From assembly GCA_964487045.1 (NCBI GenBank), contig CAZAOT010000001.1, positions 4,875 to 68,874 of the forward strand: a stretch of 64,000 nt of DNA. Reading direction: 5' to 3'. The notes beneath the pieces are model-generated. The model saw only the letters and a program-made list of their open reading frames with translations, did not search any database and was not told the DNA's origin. Source of the DNA: an uncultured Candidatus Saccharibacteria bacterium (GTDB taxonomy: Bacteria > Patescibacteriota > UBA1384 > DTJR01). Each line of letters starts with the position of its first letter. Position 1 is the stretch's first letter. A program made the position numbers and the translations under genes. This document shows positions 41,065 to 49,958 of this stretch, piece after piece.

Positions 41065-41186
41065 AATAAAATTTGCCCCTCGCGGGCTAATTTTATTATT
41101 TGGGAACCATAGGATTCGAAGGCCGCAGCGAGCGTAGGCGAGCGAGGCGGGGTCGATGAATTTGCCAGCAGGCAAATATCAGTGAC

Positions 41187-41208
41187 CGAATCCTATCGGG
41201 TGTACCAG
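41187..41208 (+). repeat. direct repeat DR-R (copy of tRNA-Arg 3' end)
   Basis: exact 22-nt match to 38301-38322, followed by hairpin ATATGAC...GTCATAT and T8 that looks like the native tRNA terminator. Confidence 0.85.
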
Positions 41209-41288
41209 AATATGACCCCGCACAAGTGGAGTCATATTTTTTTTATTGATGTTGTTTGATGAGCGGGGTAAAATTAAATAAATAATTA

Positions 41289-41828
41289 ATGGCAAATTAT
41301 ATGAACGAAGATACAAAGCATAAGTTTCTGTTAGCAATTTTGATTATATTGATCATAGTGCTCCTAGGCTTGGTTGGGCTTATCTATAGACAGATTAAGT
41401 CTGCTAGAGACGTGGCAGCTCGAGAGGATGGCTTGGTGTCAAGCTCAGCTACAATCGCTCCTACGGACAATATCAGTGTATCCTACGACTTGGGGTCACC
41501 AAGCAGCGCAAATACGGAGATACTTGATGGCGTTAAGGACGTCGCAAATAGGTTTATGCAAGCCAAAGAAAATCGATCTCTAGAAGAAGCCAAGCCTTAT
41601 ATGACTGAAGATCTATTTAAGTCGACAGCTCAGGAAGAATTCGCTGGAACGTCTAGTCCGTCAATGGATCGATTTGAGGTTAAAAGTGCCCAAGCGGTTA
41701 AGACTCCAAATACTTATGAAGTTGATGTGGTTAGCTACTGGAAATTAAACGGCGAAGATGCCGAAACGGTTAATTATAGTTTGATAGTTATAAAACAAGA
41801 CGAAAATTATCTGGTTAGTAAATTCTAG
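41289..41828 (+). CDS. hypothetical protein with N-terminal TM anchor
   Basis: 179 aa, single N-terminal TM then soluble domain. Confidence 0.45.
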   Translation: MANYMNEDTKHKFLLAILIILIIVLLGLVGLIYRQIKSARDVAAREDGLVSSSATIAPTDNISVSYDLGSPSSANTEILDGVKDVANRFMQAKENRSLEEAKPYMTEDLFKSTAQEEFAGTSSPSMDRFEVKSAQAVKTPNTYEVDVVSYWKLNGEDAETVNYSLIVIKQDENYLVSKF

Positions 41829-41981
41829 TCCTATTATTTTGATAGAGGACCTCTTAGAGCATTTCGGCTCTACTGATTTTGATATATTTTTCTAATATTT
41901 CAAACAACCTTAATTATATCTGGCAACACAAATAATAATTATTTTTTGGCCAAACACAATTAAGGTTGTATTTAAGTTAAC

Positions 41982-42305
41982 TTAGATATTAAACTTGTCT
42001 GCGTACTGTCCAATGATAGGTAACGGCTTTTCTTGTCCTCCAACTGCATTGATTATACCCATAATCCAGAGGATGAAGACGACTAAACCTCCGACGATGG
42101 AGATGATCTGTCCGATCACCGGTATCACATTAATAATGCTTACCGCTATCGAAGCGATGATCAAAACCAAACCTTGCTTGATGTGAAATTTTACAAACGC
42201 ATCGTTCTTCGCATCAGTTAACAAGGGAACCACGATCAAGATACCTAGATAACACAAAACAGCCATTCCAATATTTTTACTTCCTTCGGCCATATTATCA
42301 CCCAC
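41982..42305 (-). CDS. small membrane protein (DUF4870-like)
   Basis: 107 aa, FVKFHIKQGLVL motif between two TM helices. Confidence 0.45.
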   Translation of the reverse strand: MGDNMAEGSKNIGMAVLCYLGILIVVPLLTDAKNDAFVKFHIKQGLVLIIASIAVSIINVIPVIGQIISIVGGLVVFILWIMGIINAVGGQEKPLPIIGQYADKFNI

Positions 42306-42717
42306 CTTTCTTACTAAATTGTAGCAAAAATTCTGATAAGTAAATACCTTTTAAAATTTTGATTATTATGCTTGCTTTAGCGTGGTTTATCTGGTAAAAA
42401 ATGCATATCACGACCATGTTCGAAGGATGGTGAGCAGATGGCCAGGCATATGAGTTGGCGTAAAGGTGGTCGGGCGAGACCCAAGAGGTGTCACCGAGAG
42501 CAACCGGGTCACCCCGATCCGCAAGGTGCCCAGTGGCGTCACGAACGGTACATCGAGCAGATGCGCGCAAGCCTGAAGCCGGGACAGCTTGAGGCCCTTC
42601 AGGCGCTCAGCCACGGTTACCACAGGTACCGATGAACCACGAGCGCAGTCGTATCCAGAGTCTCAAGCTGGTCTTGTACCGGCGCGAGACTCTTCTTCTT
42701 TAATGATTGATTTTCCG

Positions 42718-43452
42718 TTATTTCTCTTGCCACACTTCTGTGATTACCTGTCTATTTTTTTTGAGGCCCGAACTTAGTGCCCAGCCATCTGCGGTTACAA
42801 ATGCGCATGCGGACTCGCCCCTTCCTCTGGGAATGATTTCTGCAGTTGGGGAAATTGCTCTTACGGATGCGACGGCTTGTTGTAAATCCTTTGTATCAAC
42901 TCGGGGAGAAAAAATAGTGTCGAGAACCTTGAATTGACTTTGCTTTACAGACTCGCCAATATGAGCGATTTGCTTTGCTGGAAGTCGGTATAGGATATGA
43001 CTTAGTAAAATAAAGAACTGGCCATCTTTTTCTAGACGCATCATTAGTGGGCAACAGTCCTTGGCTCTATCAGTATAAGCGCTAACACCACTGTCTGCTG
43101 GTAGAATAACAGCTGCGCTCCAGTTACTTTCATCAATGTAAACAACTTTTCCATCTTTATTTGAAAAAACAGGCATCTCTCCAGAATTATATGATCGAAT
43201 TGTTTGCCCATTCTCATCTTTAATATCCTCTATGGGTCCCTCGATCACAAATTGTTTATCTAAAGTTTCAGTCGGGCCTTCTCCTGAAAATATCATAACT
43301 TTAATGTTGCGGTACTGGTCCAGGATTTTTGCTCTTTTTTGTTCATCGTTAGGATCTTCGGGGGCAGCAGGTGCGCTTGGTATCTCCGTCATACGTTGAT
43401 CGTTAGGGGAAAGATTTTCTGGGTCTATCTGCGAGCGGCTTTCGTTAAGCAT
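42718..43452 (-). CDS. hypothetical protein
   Basis: 244 aa, acidic/proline-rich N-terminus, no motif. Confidence 0.4.
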   Translation of the reverse strand: MLNESRSQIDPENLSPNDQRMTEIPSAPAAPEDPNDEQKRAKILDQYRNIKVMIFSGEGPTETLDKQFVIEGPIEDIKDENGQTIRSYNSGEMPVFSNKDGKVVYIDESNWSAAVILPADSGVSAYTDRAKDCCPLMMRLEKDGQFFILLSHILYRLPAKQIAHIGESVKQSQFKVLDTIFSPRVDTKDLQQAVASVRAISPTAEIIPRGRGESACAFVTADGWALSSGLKKNRQVITEVWQEK

Positions 43453-43496
43453 AACTAGCCTTTAAACTATTATTTAAAATATGTAATATTCCCTAC

Positions 43497-43586
<90 letters not shown>

Positions 43587-43677
43587 CTCCGTCCTCTATT
43601 CTACGGAATTCTATCTTATTTTAGCAATTATTTCAATCCATTTACTAATTATTTTATATTTCCGCTATCTTTTGCTC

Positions 43678-43706
43678 TTGATTGTATGGGTATATTCTAG
43701 TATTAT
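43678..43706 (+). promoter_or_regulatory. sigma70-type promoter TTGATT-N17-TATTAT
   Basis: -35 43678-43683, -10 43701-43706, 17-nt spacer; same -35 hexamer as promoter at 27767. Confidence 0.5.
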
Positions 43707-43750
43707 GACGTGACGAGAATTCGCGTTCATTACAGAGGAGAGAGTGCCAT

Positions 43751-44179
43751 ATGTGTAAGAAACTGATATTTGCTAGTACGCTGGCACCGAAACTCTACTG
43801 CTTGTGCACACCGAGTGAGGAGTTGCTGGAGGTCTTGCTTGAGCGTGCCAAGGACGATGAGTGTCGCGCCGAGCCACTTATGGTGGCCGAACAGGAGATC
43901 GAGTTCGGGCCAGCCAACTATCTTTATGACGAGGCCCGCATGCGCGTCTGTGAGGCTAGTGCAGGCATGGCTACGGTCATGATCCAGGTCGGTAGTCATG
44001 CTGATGGAATTCGATCAGTGCTTGTGCCTGTTGGCGAGAAGGAGGGTGATGACGAAGCCCTGCCTGAAGGGGCTTTGATGCCAGGTATCGGTTGCCCGAT
44101 GGAATGTCTGCTGGGCCTGGGGCTGTTTTGTCTCGTGATCAAAGGCGGCATTTGCGCCGTCCATTATCTGCTCGGCTAA
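43751..44179 (+). CDS. hypothetical cysteine-rich protein with hydrophobic C-terminus, G+C-rich cassette
   Basis: GAGGAGAG SD before ATG; 142 aa with CxC, C-rich C-terminal segment GIGCPMECLLGLGLFCLVIKGGICAV. Confidence 0.45.
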   Translation: MCKKLIFASTLAPKLYCLCTPSEELLEVLLERAKDDECRAEPLMVAEQEIEFGPANYLYDEARMRVCEASAGMATVMIQVGSHADGIRSVLVPVGEKEGDDEALPEGALMPGIGCPMECLLGLGLFCLVIKGGICAVHYLLG

Positions 44180-44200
44180 TGGCCGGGAGGGGAGTACAGC

Positions 44201-44512
44201 ATGTCTTTGTTTGGCAAAAAGGGAGAGCCGAAGCCGCCTAAGGTGAGGAAGGAGCGCAAGCCGCGCGCTCCGATCACCAAGGAGCGAGTCTTTGAAGGGT
44301 TGTTGGCTTTTGGCCGCAACCTGTTGCTGGTAGTGACCGTCGTAGGCATCTTGGCGCTCTCGGCGCTCGTCTACGTCCTGTTCCAGAAGATCGGCGGCGG
44401 CAGTAGCGACCCAGCAACGAAGAACCTGATTCTCGTCGCGACTGCGATGACGGCCGGAGGCGGCTTTTTCACGCTCTGGCTCGGCCGCACCTGGGGCATC
44501 ATCCCGTACTAG
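44201..44512 (+). CDS. small membrane protein with lysine-rich N-terminus, G+C-rich cassette
   Basis: 103 aa; KPPKVRKERKPRAP then two TM helices. Confidence 0.45.
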   Translation: MSLFGKKGEPKPPKVRKERKPRAPITKERVFEGLLAFGRNLLLVVTVVGILALSALVYVLFQKIGGGSSDPATKNLILVATAMTAGGGFFTLWLGRTWGIIPY

Positions 44513-44535
44513 GGCTGATGCCTGCGAGCATCTTT

Positions 44536-44576
44536 GGCGGTTTGTCCGGTCACCCGGACAAACCGCCTTCTTTTTT
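44536..44576 (+). terminator. rho-independent terminator
   Basis: perfect 14-bp stem GGCGGTTTGTCCGG/CCGGACAAACCGCC, loop TCAC, TTCTTTTTT tail. Confidence 0.8.
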
Positions 44577-44644
44577 AAAAACAAAAAAATCGCCCTTTGG
44601 CGAAATAGAGTTCTCTCGTTCTTAGCTCTTAGTTTTTAGTTTTT

Positions 44645-45286
44645 TTATCCTCCAATTTCAGTCTCGAAACCAAATTGTTTGGCTTTGGCGAACTCCTTCT
44701 TGGCGGTTGTATTGTCTTTTAGCTCTTGATAGGTGAGGGATAGAAGATAATGGGCTTGGCCGCAAAGAGGATCGATTTTAAGAGCTTGCTCGAAGGCCGT
44801 TTTAGCCTCATCAAATTTGTTAGCAACCAGAAGAACATGGCCTTGATTGATATATCCATCGCGCCACGAAGCATCTTTTTCAACTGCCAATCTTGCCGCT
44901 GCTTCGGCTCGTTCTACGTCTTTATTTTTCAAAAACTGCTCAGAAAGGGCGACAAATCCTAGGGCATCAGTAGCCTGCGAAGCAACTTCTGCTTTAATTT
45001 TAGTAATATGCTCTTCATAGGTTTGTTTTTGCGCTACCATTGCCGCTTCGTTTGATTTGGCCGAGTATTCATAAACTGACTTAATACCAATATAACTCAT
45101 CACGATCAAGGCAAAGACTCCAAGAACCAAACCGATGCCCTTAAAGGGCACCTTTTTCAAATTTATCGAAGTTATTAGGTCAATTGGCGAGTATTTAAAT
45201 GAAGAAAAAGAGGTAGCTGATTTTCGGTTGTGATGTAATTCGGCTTTTAATTGAGCCGAAAGATGATACGACTTTAGATTATTCAT
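44645..45286 (-). CDS. TPR-repeat protein with N-terminal TM anchor
   Basis: TPR-like helices (AEAAARLAVEKD..., KTAFEQALKIDPLCGQAHYLLSLTYQELKD); start taken at ATG 45286 preceded by AAGGTGGG. Confidence 0.55.
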   Translation of the reverse strand: MNNLKSYHLSAQLKAELHHNRKSATSFSSFKYSPIDLITSINLKKVPFKGIGLVLGVFALIVMSYIGIKSVYEYSAKSNEAAMVAQKQTYEEHITKIKAEVASQATDALGFVALSEQFLKNKDVERAEAAARLAVEKDASWRDGYINQGHVLLVANKFDEAKTAFEQALKIDPLCGQAHYLLSLTYQELKDNTTAKKEFAKAKQFGFETEIGG

Positions 45287-45321
45287 CCCCACCTTGTTAA
45301 GAATAAAAATTAAAAATTCGA

Positions 45322-47427
45322 TCAGAGAGCTGGCCAGGAAGCGTCGATGAGCATTTTGCTCTCTCGTTGCTCCTCGGGTAGCTCTTGCCAACATGCTTCA
45401 GTTACAAACGGCATGTATGGGTGAAGCAATTTCAAGCTTGTTTTCAATATTTTTGTAAGCTTTAAGAGAGACGTCTTTTTTTCTCGTTCATCGCCGCCAT
45501 AAAGACGTTTCTTTTCCTGCTCTATAATCTTATCAGCAAACTCATGCCAAATATAAGCGTACAAATGTTCGCCTGCTTGTGAAAATTTAAACTCATCGAT
45601 CAGTTTTGTAACTTCTGAAGTAACCTTATCCAGATTCTCTATATCTTTTTTATCTTGATCTGAAAAATTAGATTCCTCAGTATCAATTTCAATATTTTCC
45701 AGATTTGTTACTACAAATCTGGCAATATTCCAAATCTTGTTTGAAAAATTACGATACCCTCTGATTTTGCTTTCACCAAGGGCTATATCCTGACCTGCGG
45801 TAGTTCCGACAATCAAGGAATATCTCAGGGCGTCGGCGCCGTATTTTTCGATAATATCTATTGGATCAATCACGTTGCCAAGAGATTTGGACATCTTGCG
45901 ATTCTTTTCGTCCCTTACGAGGCCATGCAGGTAAACAGTCTCAAAAGGAGCTTTGCCTGTCAGCTCTAATCCCATCATGATCATCCTGGCGACCCAGAAA
46001 AACAAGATGTCATAACCTGTTTCCATGACTGTTGTTGGGTAGAAGTTCTTGTAATCTTCAGCATCTTTGTCTGGCCAGCCAAGAGTGGAGAATGGCCAAA
46101 GTCCACTTGAGAACCAAGTATCGAGTACATCTTCTTCTTGCACCCAGCCGTCACCCTCGGGAGCTTTTTTGCCAACATAAATTTCTTCTCCCTTATACCA
46201 AACCGGAATTTGGTGGCCCCACCAGAGTTGGCGCGAGATACACCAGTCGCGTATATTATCCATCCAATGGAAGTAAACTTTTTCAAAACGCTTTGGCATA
46301 ATTTTGATCTCGCCTGACTCCACCGTTTTTTTGGCTTTCTCGGTGAGTGGTTTCATCTTTACGAACCATTGCTTTGATGGAATTGGTTCAATTTGACCAC
46401 CGCAGCGGTAACAAGTGGCTATATTATGTTCGTAATTTTCTTCAATATGATCGATTAGACCCATTTTCTGCATATCTTCGACAATTGCTTCGCGAGCCTC
46501 CTTGGTCTTCATGCCGGTATATTTACCGGTGTTCTCCATCATGCGGCCGTTTTCGTCTATCACTTGTTTAAGTGGAATATCGTTGCGCTGAGCAATTTCA
46601 AAATCAACCAAGGAGTGAGCAGGGGTAACCTTGATCGCACCTGTGCCGAATTTTGGGTCGACGGCGTTATCAGCGACGACAACAATTTCAAAATCTCCCA
46701 GTACTCCCGGAATCATAAATTTCTTGCCAACCATATCCTTATATCTCTTATCGGTTGGGTGAACGGCGACTGCAGTGTCGCCAAGCTTTGTCTCTGGTCT
46801 AGCGGTAGCTAAGGTAAATGGACCATATTTAATCCAGTAGAATTTGCCAACTTCTGGTTTGTGCTCAACTTCATCATCGGCAATTGCGGTGTGGCAGCGG
46901 GGGCACCAGTTAACTGTGCGCAGCCCCTGATAAATAAGTCCCTTATCGTATAAATTTACAAATGCTTCTTTGACTGCTTCGGATAGTCCCTCGTCTAGGG
47001 TAAAGCGTTCTCTTGTCCAGTCACAGGAAGCACCAAGTTTTCTAATTTGAGAGGTGATAGTATTGCCGTATTCTTCTTTCCATTGCCAAACTCGCTCCAC
47101 AAACTTTTCACGTCCTAAGTCGTGTCGCCTCAAACCTTCTTTGGAAAGTTGCTTTTCGACAACATTTTGAGTGGCGATGCCAGCGTGGTCAGTTCCGGGA
47201 AGCCAAAGAGTTGGTTCTCCCCTCATGCGATGGTAGCGAGCCATAATGTCCTCGAGCGTTACGTACATACCATGGCCGATATGAAGTTTGCCGGTCACGT
47301 TTGGCGGAGGCATCGAAATAACAAAAGGTTTTTTACCTTCTTCTATTTTTGGAGTGAAGGATCCGCTATCTTCCCATTTTTTATATATTTCGTCTTCAAA
47401 AACTTTGTGGTTGTAAGCCTTATCCAT
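45322..47427 (-). CDS. valS: valyl-tRNA synthetase, short form
   Basis: PPPNVTGKLHIGHG (class I HIGH, ValRS-type PPPNVTG) and KMSKS; about 700 aa, lacks long C-terminal coiled coil. Confidence 0.75.
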   Translation of the reverse strand: MDKAYNHKVFEDEIYKKWEDSGSFTPKIEEGKKPFVISMPPPNVTGKLHIGHGMYVTLEDIMARYHRMRGEPTLWLPGTDHAGIATQNVVEKQLSKEGLRRHDLGREKFVERVWQWKEEYGNTITSQIRKLGASCDWTRERFTLDEGLSEAVKEAFVNLYDKGLIYQGLRTVNWCPRCHTAIADDEVEHKPEVGKFYWIKYGPFTLATARPETKLGDTAVAVHPTDKRYKDMVGKKFMIPGVLGDFEIVVVADNAVDPKFGTGAIKVTPAHSLVDFEIAQRNDIPLKQVIDENGRMMENTGKYTGMKTKEAREAIVEDMQKMGLIDHIEENYEHNIATCYRCGGQIEPIPSKQWFVKMKPLTEKAKKTVESGEIKIMPKRFEKVYFHWMDNIRDWCISRQLWWGHQIPVWYKGEEIYVGKKAPEGDGWVQEEDVLDTWFSSGLWPFSTLGWPDKDAEDYKNFYPTTVMETGYDILFFWVARMIMMGLELTGKAPFETVYLHGLVRDEKNRKMSKSLGNVIDPIDIIEKYGADALRYSLIVGTTAGQDIALGESKIRGYRNFSNKIWNIARFVVTNLENIEIDTEESNFSDQDKKDIENLDKVTSEVTKLIDEFKFSQAGEHLYAYIWHEFADKIIEQEKKRLYGGDEREKKTSLLKLTKILKTSLKLLHPYMPFVTEACWQELPEEQRESKMLIDASWPAL

Positions 47428-47495
47428 AGGTTTAATATTAGCGCAATTCAAGGAGAAAACAAGATGAAACTGTGAAAGCTGGAAGCAATTAGTGA

Positions 47496-47524
47496 TTGAC
47501 TAATTATTACTCTTGAGCTATATT
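47496..47524 (+). promoter_or_regulatory. sigma70-type promoter TTGACT-N17-TATATT
   Basis: -35 47496-47501, -10 47519-47524, 17-nt spacer; followed by GCCCC-TTAT-GGGGC leader hairpin. Confidence 0.5.
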
Positions 47525-47575
47525 TTCAGGATTGAGTGCCCCTTATGGGGCCCAAAGGACATTGAGGTGATGGCG

Positions 47576-48730
47576 ATGCGAATCGGCATGTTCACTTTGA
47601 CTTATGGAAGGTCTAACGGCGTGGCCGTCTCCGTCGCCAATCTGAGCCGCGCGCTTCGCGAAGCCGGCCATGAAGTTCATATCTTCGGGCCAAGCGGTGT
47701 GGCGGATACAGACGAATTCTACCATCCGTTCGTGACGGTGCGATTTCCCCAGGCTCCGGACTATCCGGTGCCAATACCGAACTTCCTGCGTGCTCTCAAG
47801 ATAGCGCGTCGGTACAATCTTAAGCTTATGCACACTCACCATCCTTGGCTGCTCGGCAGTGATGCGGTGAGGGTGGCGCGCGAGCTGGAGGTGCCGGTAG
47901 TTTCCACGGTGCACACTCAGTATGATTTCTACTCCGAGCTTTTCCCGTGGATTCCGAGCAAATGGAAGCGCAAAGCGCTGCATTGGGTGCTCAGGCGTCA
48001 CCTCTGCAGTGTCGATCTGGTGACGACGCCGGGCATTGGTTCCAAGGCGCGCCTGGATGACATGCAGCTGACTACGCCGGTTCGTCTCGTCACCAACGGC
48101 ACCGACCTGTCGCTCTTCGGGTATGGCGGCGCCAACGAAATCAGACGCCAGCTCAGAATTCCGGAAGGCGCCCAGGTCTTCGGCTATGTTGGCCGGTTCG
48201 ATCCCGAAAAAGATCTCGGCACCCTGATCGATGCGGCGGCTAAAGTGTTCAAATGGCATCCGCGAGCCGTGCTGCTCATGGTCGGCGACGGTAAAGAGCG
48301 CGAATCGCTCGAGTGGAAATCCAAACCGCTCGGCAACCGAGTCATCTTCACCGGCCGAATTGCCCACGAGCAAATCGCGCCCTACTACAGCGCGATGGAT
48401 ATCTTCGTCACGCCGAGTAGGTTCGAGGTTCAGCCGATGACCATCGCCGAAGCGTTTGCCAGCGGTTTGCCGGTCGTTGCTTTGGATGTGCCTGGCAGCG
48501 AGATGGTCCATCACGGCTACAACGGCCTGCTCGTGGATCCAGCCCAACCGGTAAGCGCCCTGGCTCGAGGAGTCAGTCAGATCTTTAGCGACCCATTCCG
48601 ACATCTGACGCTACAGGGCCACGCCAGAGAGTCGGCGCGGCAGTACGAAACCGCCGAAGCTTTGTCACAGATGCTCAGTGCCTACCAAGACGCCGGCTAC
48701 TTCTGCCGCACTCGTCAGTCGTCCGTCTAA
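47576..48730 (+). CDS. GT4 family glycosyltransferase (GT-B), G+C-rich xenologue of the adjacent gene
   Basis: aligns by eye with 48804-49958 product (VHTQYDFYSELFPWIP vs VHTQYDLYAKLIPLPQ; VDLVTTPGIGSKARL vs VDLVTTPGEGSKQRL; EVQPMTIAEAFASGLPVV vs EVQPMTFAEAMATGTPIV); start ATG 47576 with GAGG 8 nt upstream. Confidence 0.65.
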   Translation: MRIGMFTLTYGRSNGVAVSVANLSRALREAGHEVHIFGPSGVADTDEFYHPFVTVRFPQAPDYPVPIPNFLRALKIARRYNLKLMHTHHPWLLGSDAVRVARELEVPVVSTVHTQYDFYSELFPWIPSKWKRKALHWVLRRHLCSVDLVTTPGIGSKARLDDMQLTTPVRLVTNGTDLSLFGYGGANEIRRQLRIPEGAQVFGYVGRFDPEKDLGTLIDAAAKVFKWHPRAVLLMVGDGKERESLEWKSKPLGNRVIFTGRIAHEQIAPYYSAMDIFVTPSRFEVQPMTIAEAFASGLPVVALDVPGSEMVHHGYNGLLVDPAQPVSALARGVSQIFSDPFRHLTLQGHARESARQYETAEALSQMLSAYQDAGYFCRTRQSSV

Positions 48731-48746
48731 CAAGTAATGGTTCCGT

Positions 48747-48778
48747 GGCCGGAGGTTCGCCTCCGGCCTGTTTTTTTT
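48747..48778 (+). terminator. rho-independent terminator
   Basis: GGCCGGAGG-TTCG-CCTCCGGCC then TGTTTTTTTT. Confidence 0.75.
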
Positions 48779-48803
48779 GAAAAAAGGTTCTACAATTAGG
48801 GTG

Positions 48804-49958
48804 ATGAAGATCGCAATTTTTACTAATACCTATTGGCCAACTGTAAATGGCGTAGCTGTTTCGGCGACTAATTTGCGCGAAGGACTCATTCAGCTTGGAC
48901 ATGAGGTTTTTATCTTTGCGCCAGACGACGAAGATTTGAAGAAGTTGAAAGAACAGGCTAACGTTTATCGCTATCCATCTTTCAATATTAAAGAAATTGC
49001 TGATTATGAATTGGCGCTTCCGTCCTTGAAGATTAATGAAGTTTTAGATAAAAATTCCTTTGATATCGTGCACAGCGAACATCCGCTCTGGATAGGAAAG
49101 TGGGGGATGAATTATGCCAAAAAAACCAATACCCCGATTATTACAACCGTTCATACTCAGTACGATCTCTACGCCAAATTAATACCGCTACCCCAGGGAA
49201 TTTTGGTACCAATTTTACATAAAAATCTTAATCGATATTTAAATAATGTTGATTTAGTGACGACTCCAGGGGAGGGATCGAAGCAAAGGCTGATTGAGCA
49301 AGGAGTGAAGACGCCGATCAGGGTGGTTTCAAACGCGACCGATCTCAGTAGGTACTGGAAGGCCAAAGGAGATAAGGTACGCCGTGAGCTGACTAACAAT
49401 AATGAGAAATTGATTGGGTTTGTCGGGCGGCTATCGAAGGAAAAAGACGTTTCTGTCTTACTTGATGCAATGAATCTTATTTTAAATAAAATGCCTGATA
49501 GTAAGCTCATTTTGATTGGTGATGGTCCGGATAGAAAAGAGCTCGAGGAAAAAGCCAAAACTATTTCAAACAAAATTGTTTTTCTTGGCAAAATTGATCA
49601 TAAACAAATCCCTGATTATTATGCCTCCTTTGATATTTTTCTCTCGGCTAGCCAGTCGGAGGTTCAGCCAATGACTTTTGCCGAAGCGATGGCAACCGGT
49701 ACGCCGATTGTTGTTTTTAATGTTGCTGGTTGTAATGATATGGTGAAAAATCGCGAGAATGGACTATTGATTGACCCTAAAAAGGGCGCCCAGGGATTGG
49801 CAGATGCGGTGACAAAGATTTTAGTAAACGAAAAAGAGTTAAAAAAATTAAGCTCTCAGGCTAGAAAATGGGCCAGCCGCTATGATCTGATGACGGCGAC
49901 CAAAGATATGGTTGAAGCCTATGAGCAGGCAATCAAGATTCACTCAAACAAGAACTAA
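48804..49958 (+). CDS. GT4 family glycosyltransferase (GT-B), A+T-rich native copy
   Basis: MKIAIFTNTYWPTVNGVAVS N-terminus and E-x7-E region typical of GT4 retaining transferases (resembles diacylglycerol alpha-glycosyltransferases by eye). Confidence 0.65.
   Translation: MKIAIFTNTYWPTVNGVAVSATNLREGLIQLGHEVFIFAPDDEDLKKLKEQANVYRYPSFNIKEIADYELALPSLKINEVLDKNSFDIVHSEHPLWIGKWGMNYAKKTNTPIITTVHTQYDLYAKLIPLPQGILVPILHKNLNRYLNNVDLVTTPGEGSKQRLIEQGVKTPIRVVSNATDLSRYWKAKGDKVRRELTNNNEKLIGFVGRLSKEKDVSVLLDAMNLILNKMPDSKLILIGDGPDRKELEEKAKTISNKIVFLGKIDHKQIPDYYASFDIFLSASQSEVQPMTFAEAMATGTPIVVFNVAGCNDMVKNRENGLLIDPKKGAQGLADAVTKILVNEKELKKLSSQARKWASRYDLMTATKDMVEAYEQAIKIHSNKN

Larger units (their letters stand above)
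38301..41208. mobile_element. composite integrated element in the 3' end of tRNA-Arg: serine-recombinase cassette plus inverted-repeat-bracketed cargo cassette
   Basis: 22-nt direct repeat of the tRNA 3' end at both ends; two distinct long inverted-repeat pairs inside; large serine recombinase gene; G+C-rich cargo gene; native tRNA downstream hairpin plus T-run only after the right repeat. Confidence 0.65.

Noticed and set aside
44015-44584. 189-aa minus-strand ORF spanning the cysteine-rich cassette and its terminator
   Set aside because: Runs antisense through two plus-strand genes with Shine-Dalgarno and promoter signals, and through the terminator hairpin. High-GC artefact.
47122-47475. 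117-aa plus-strand ORF at the 5' end of valS
   Set aside because: Antisense to ValRS N-terminal coding region.
47543-48604. 353-aa minus-strand ORF opposite the G+C-rich GT4 gene
   Set aside because: Antisense to a gene with demonstrable homology to its neighbour. Arg/His-rich composition, no Shine-Dalgarno.
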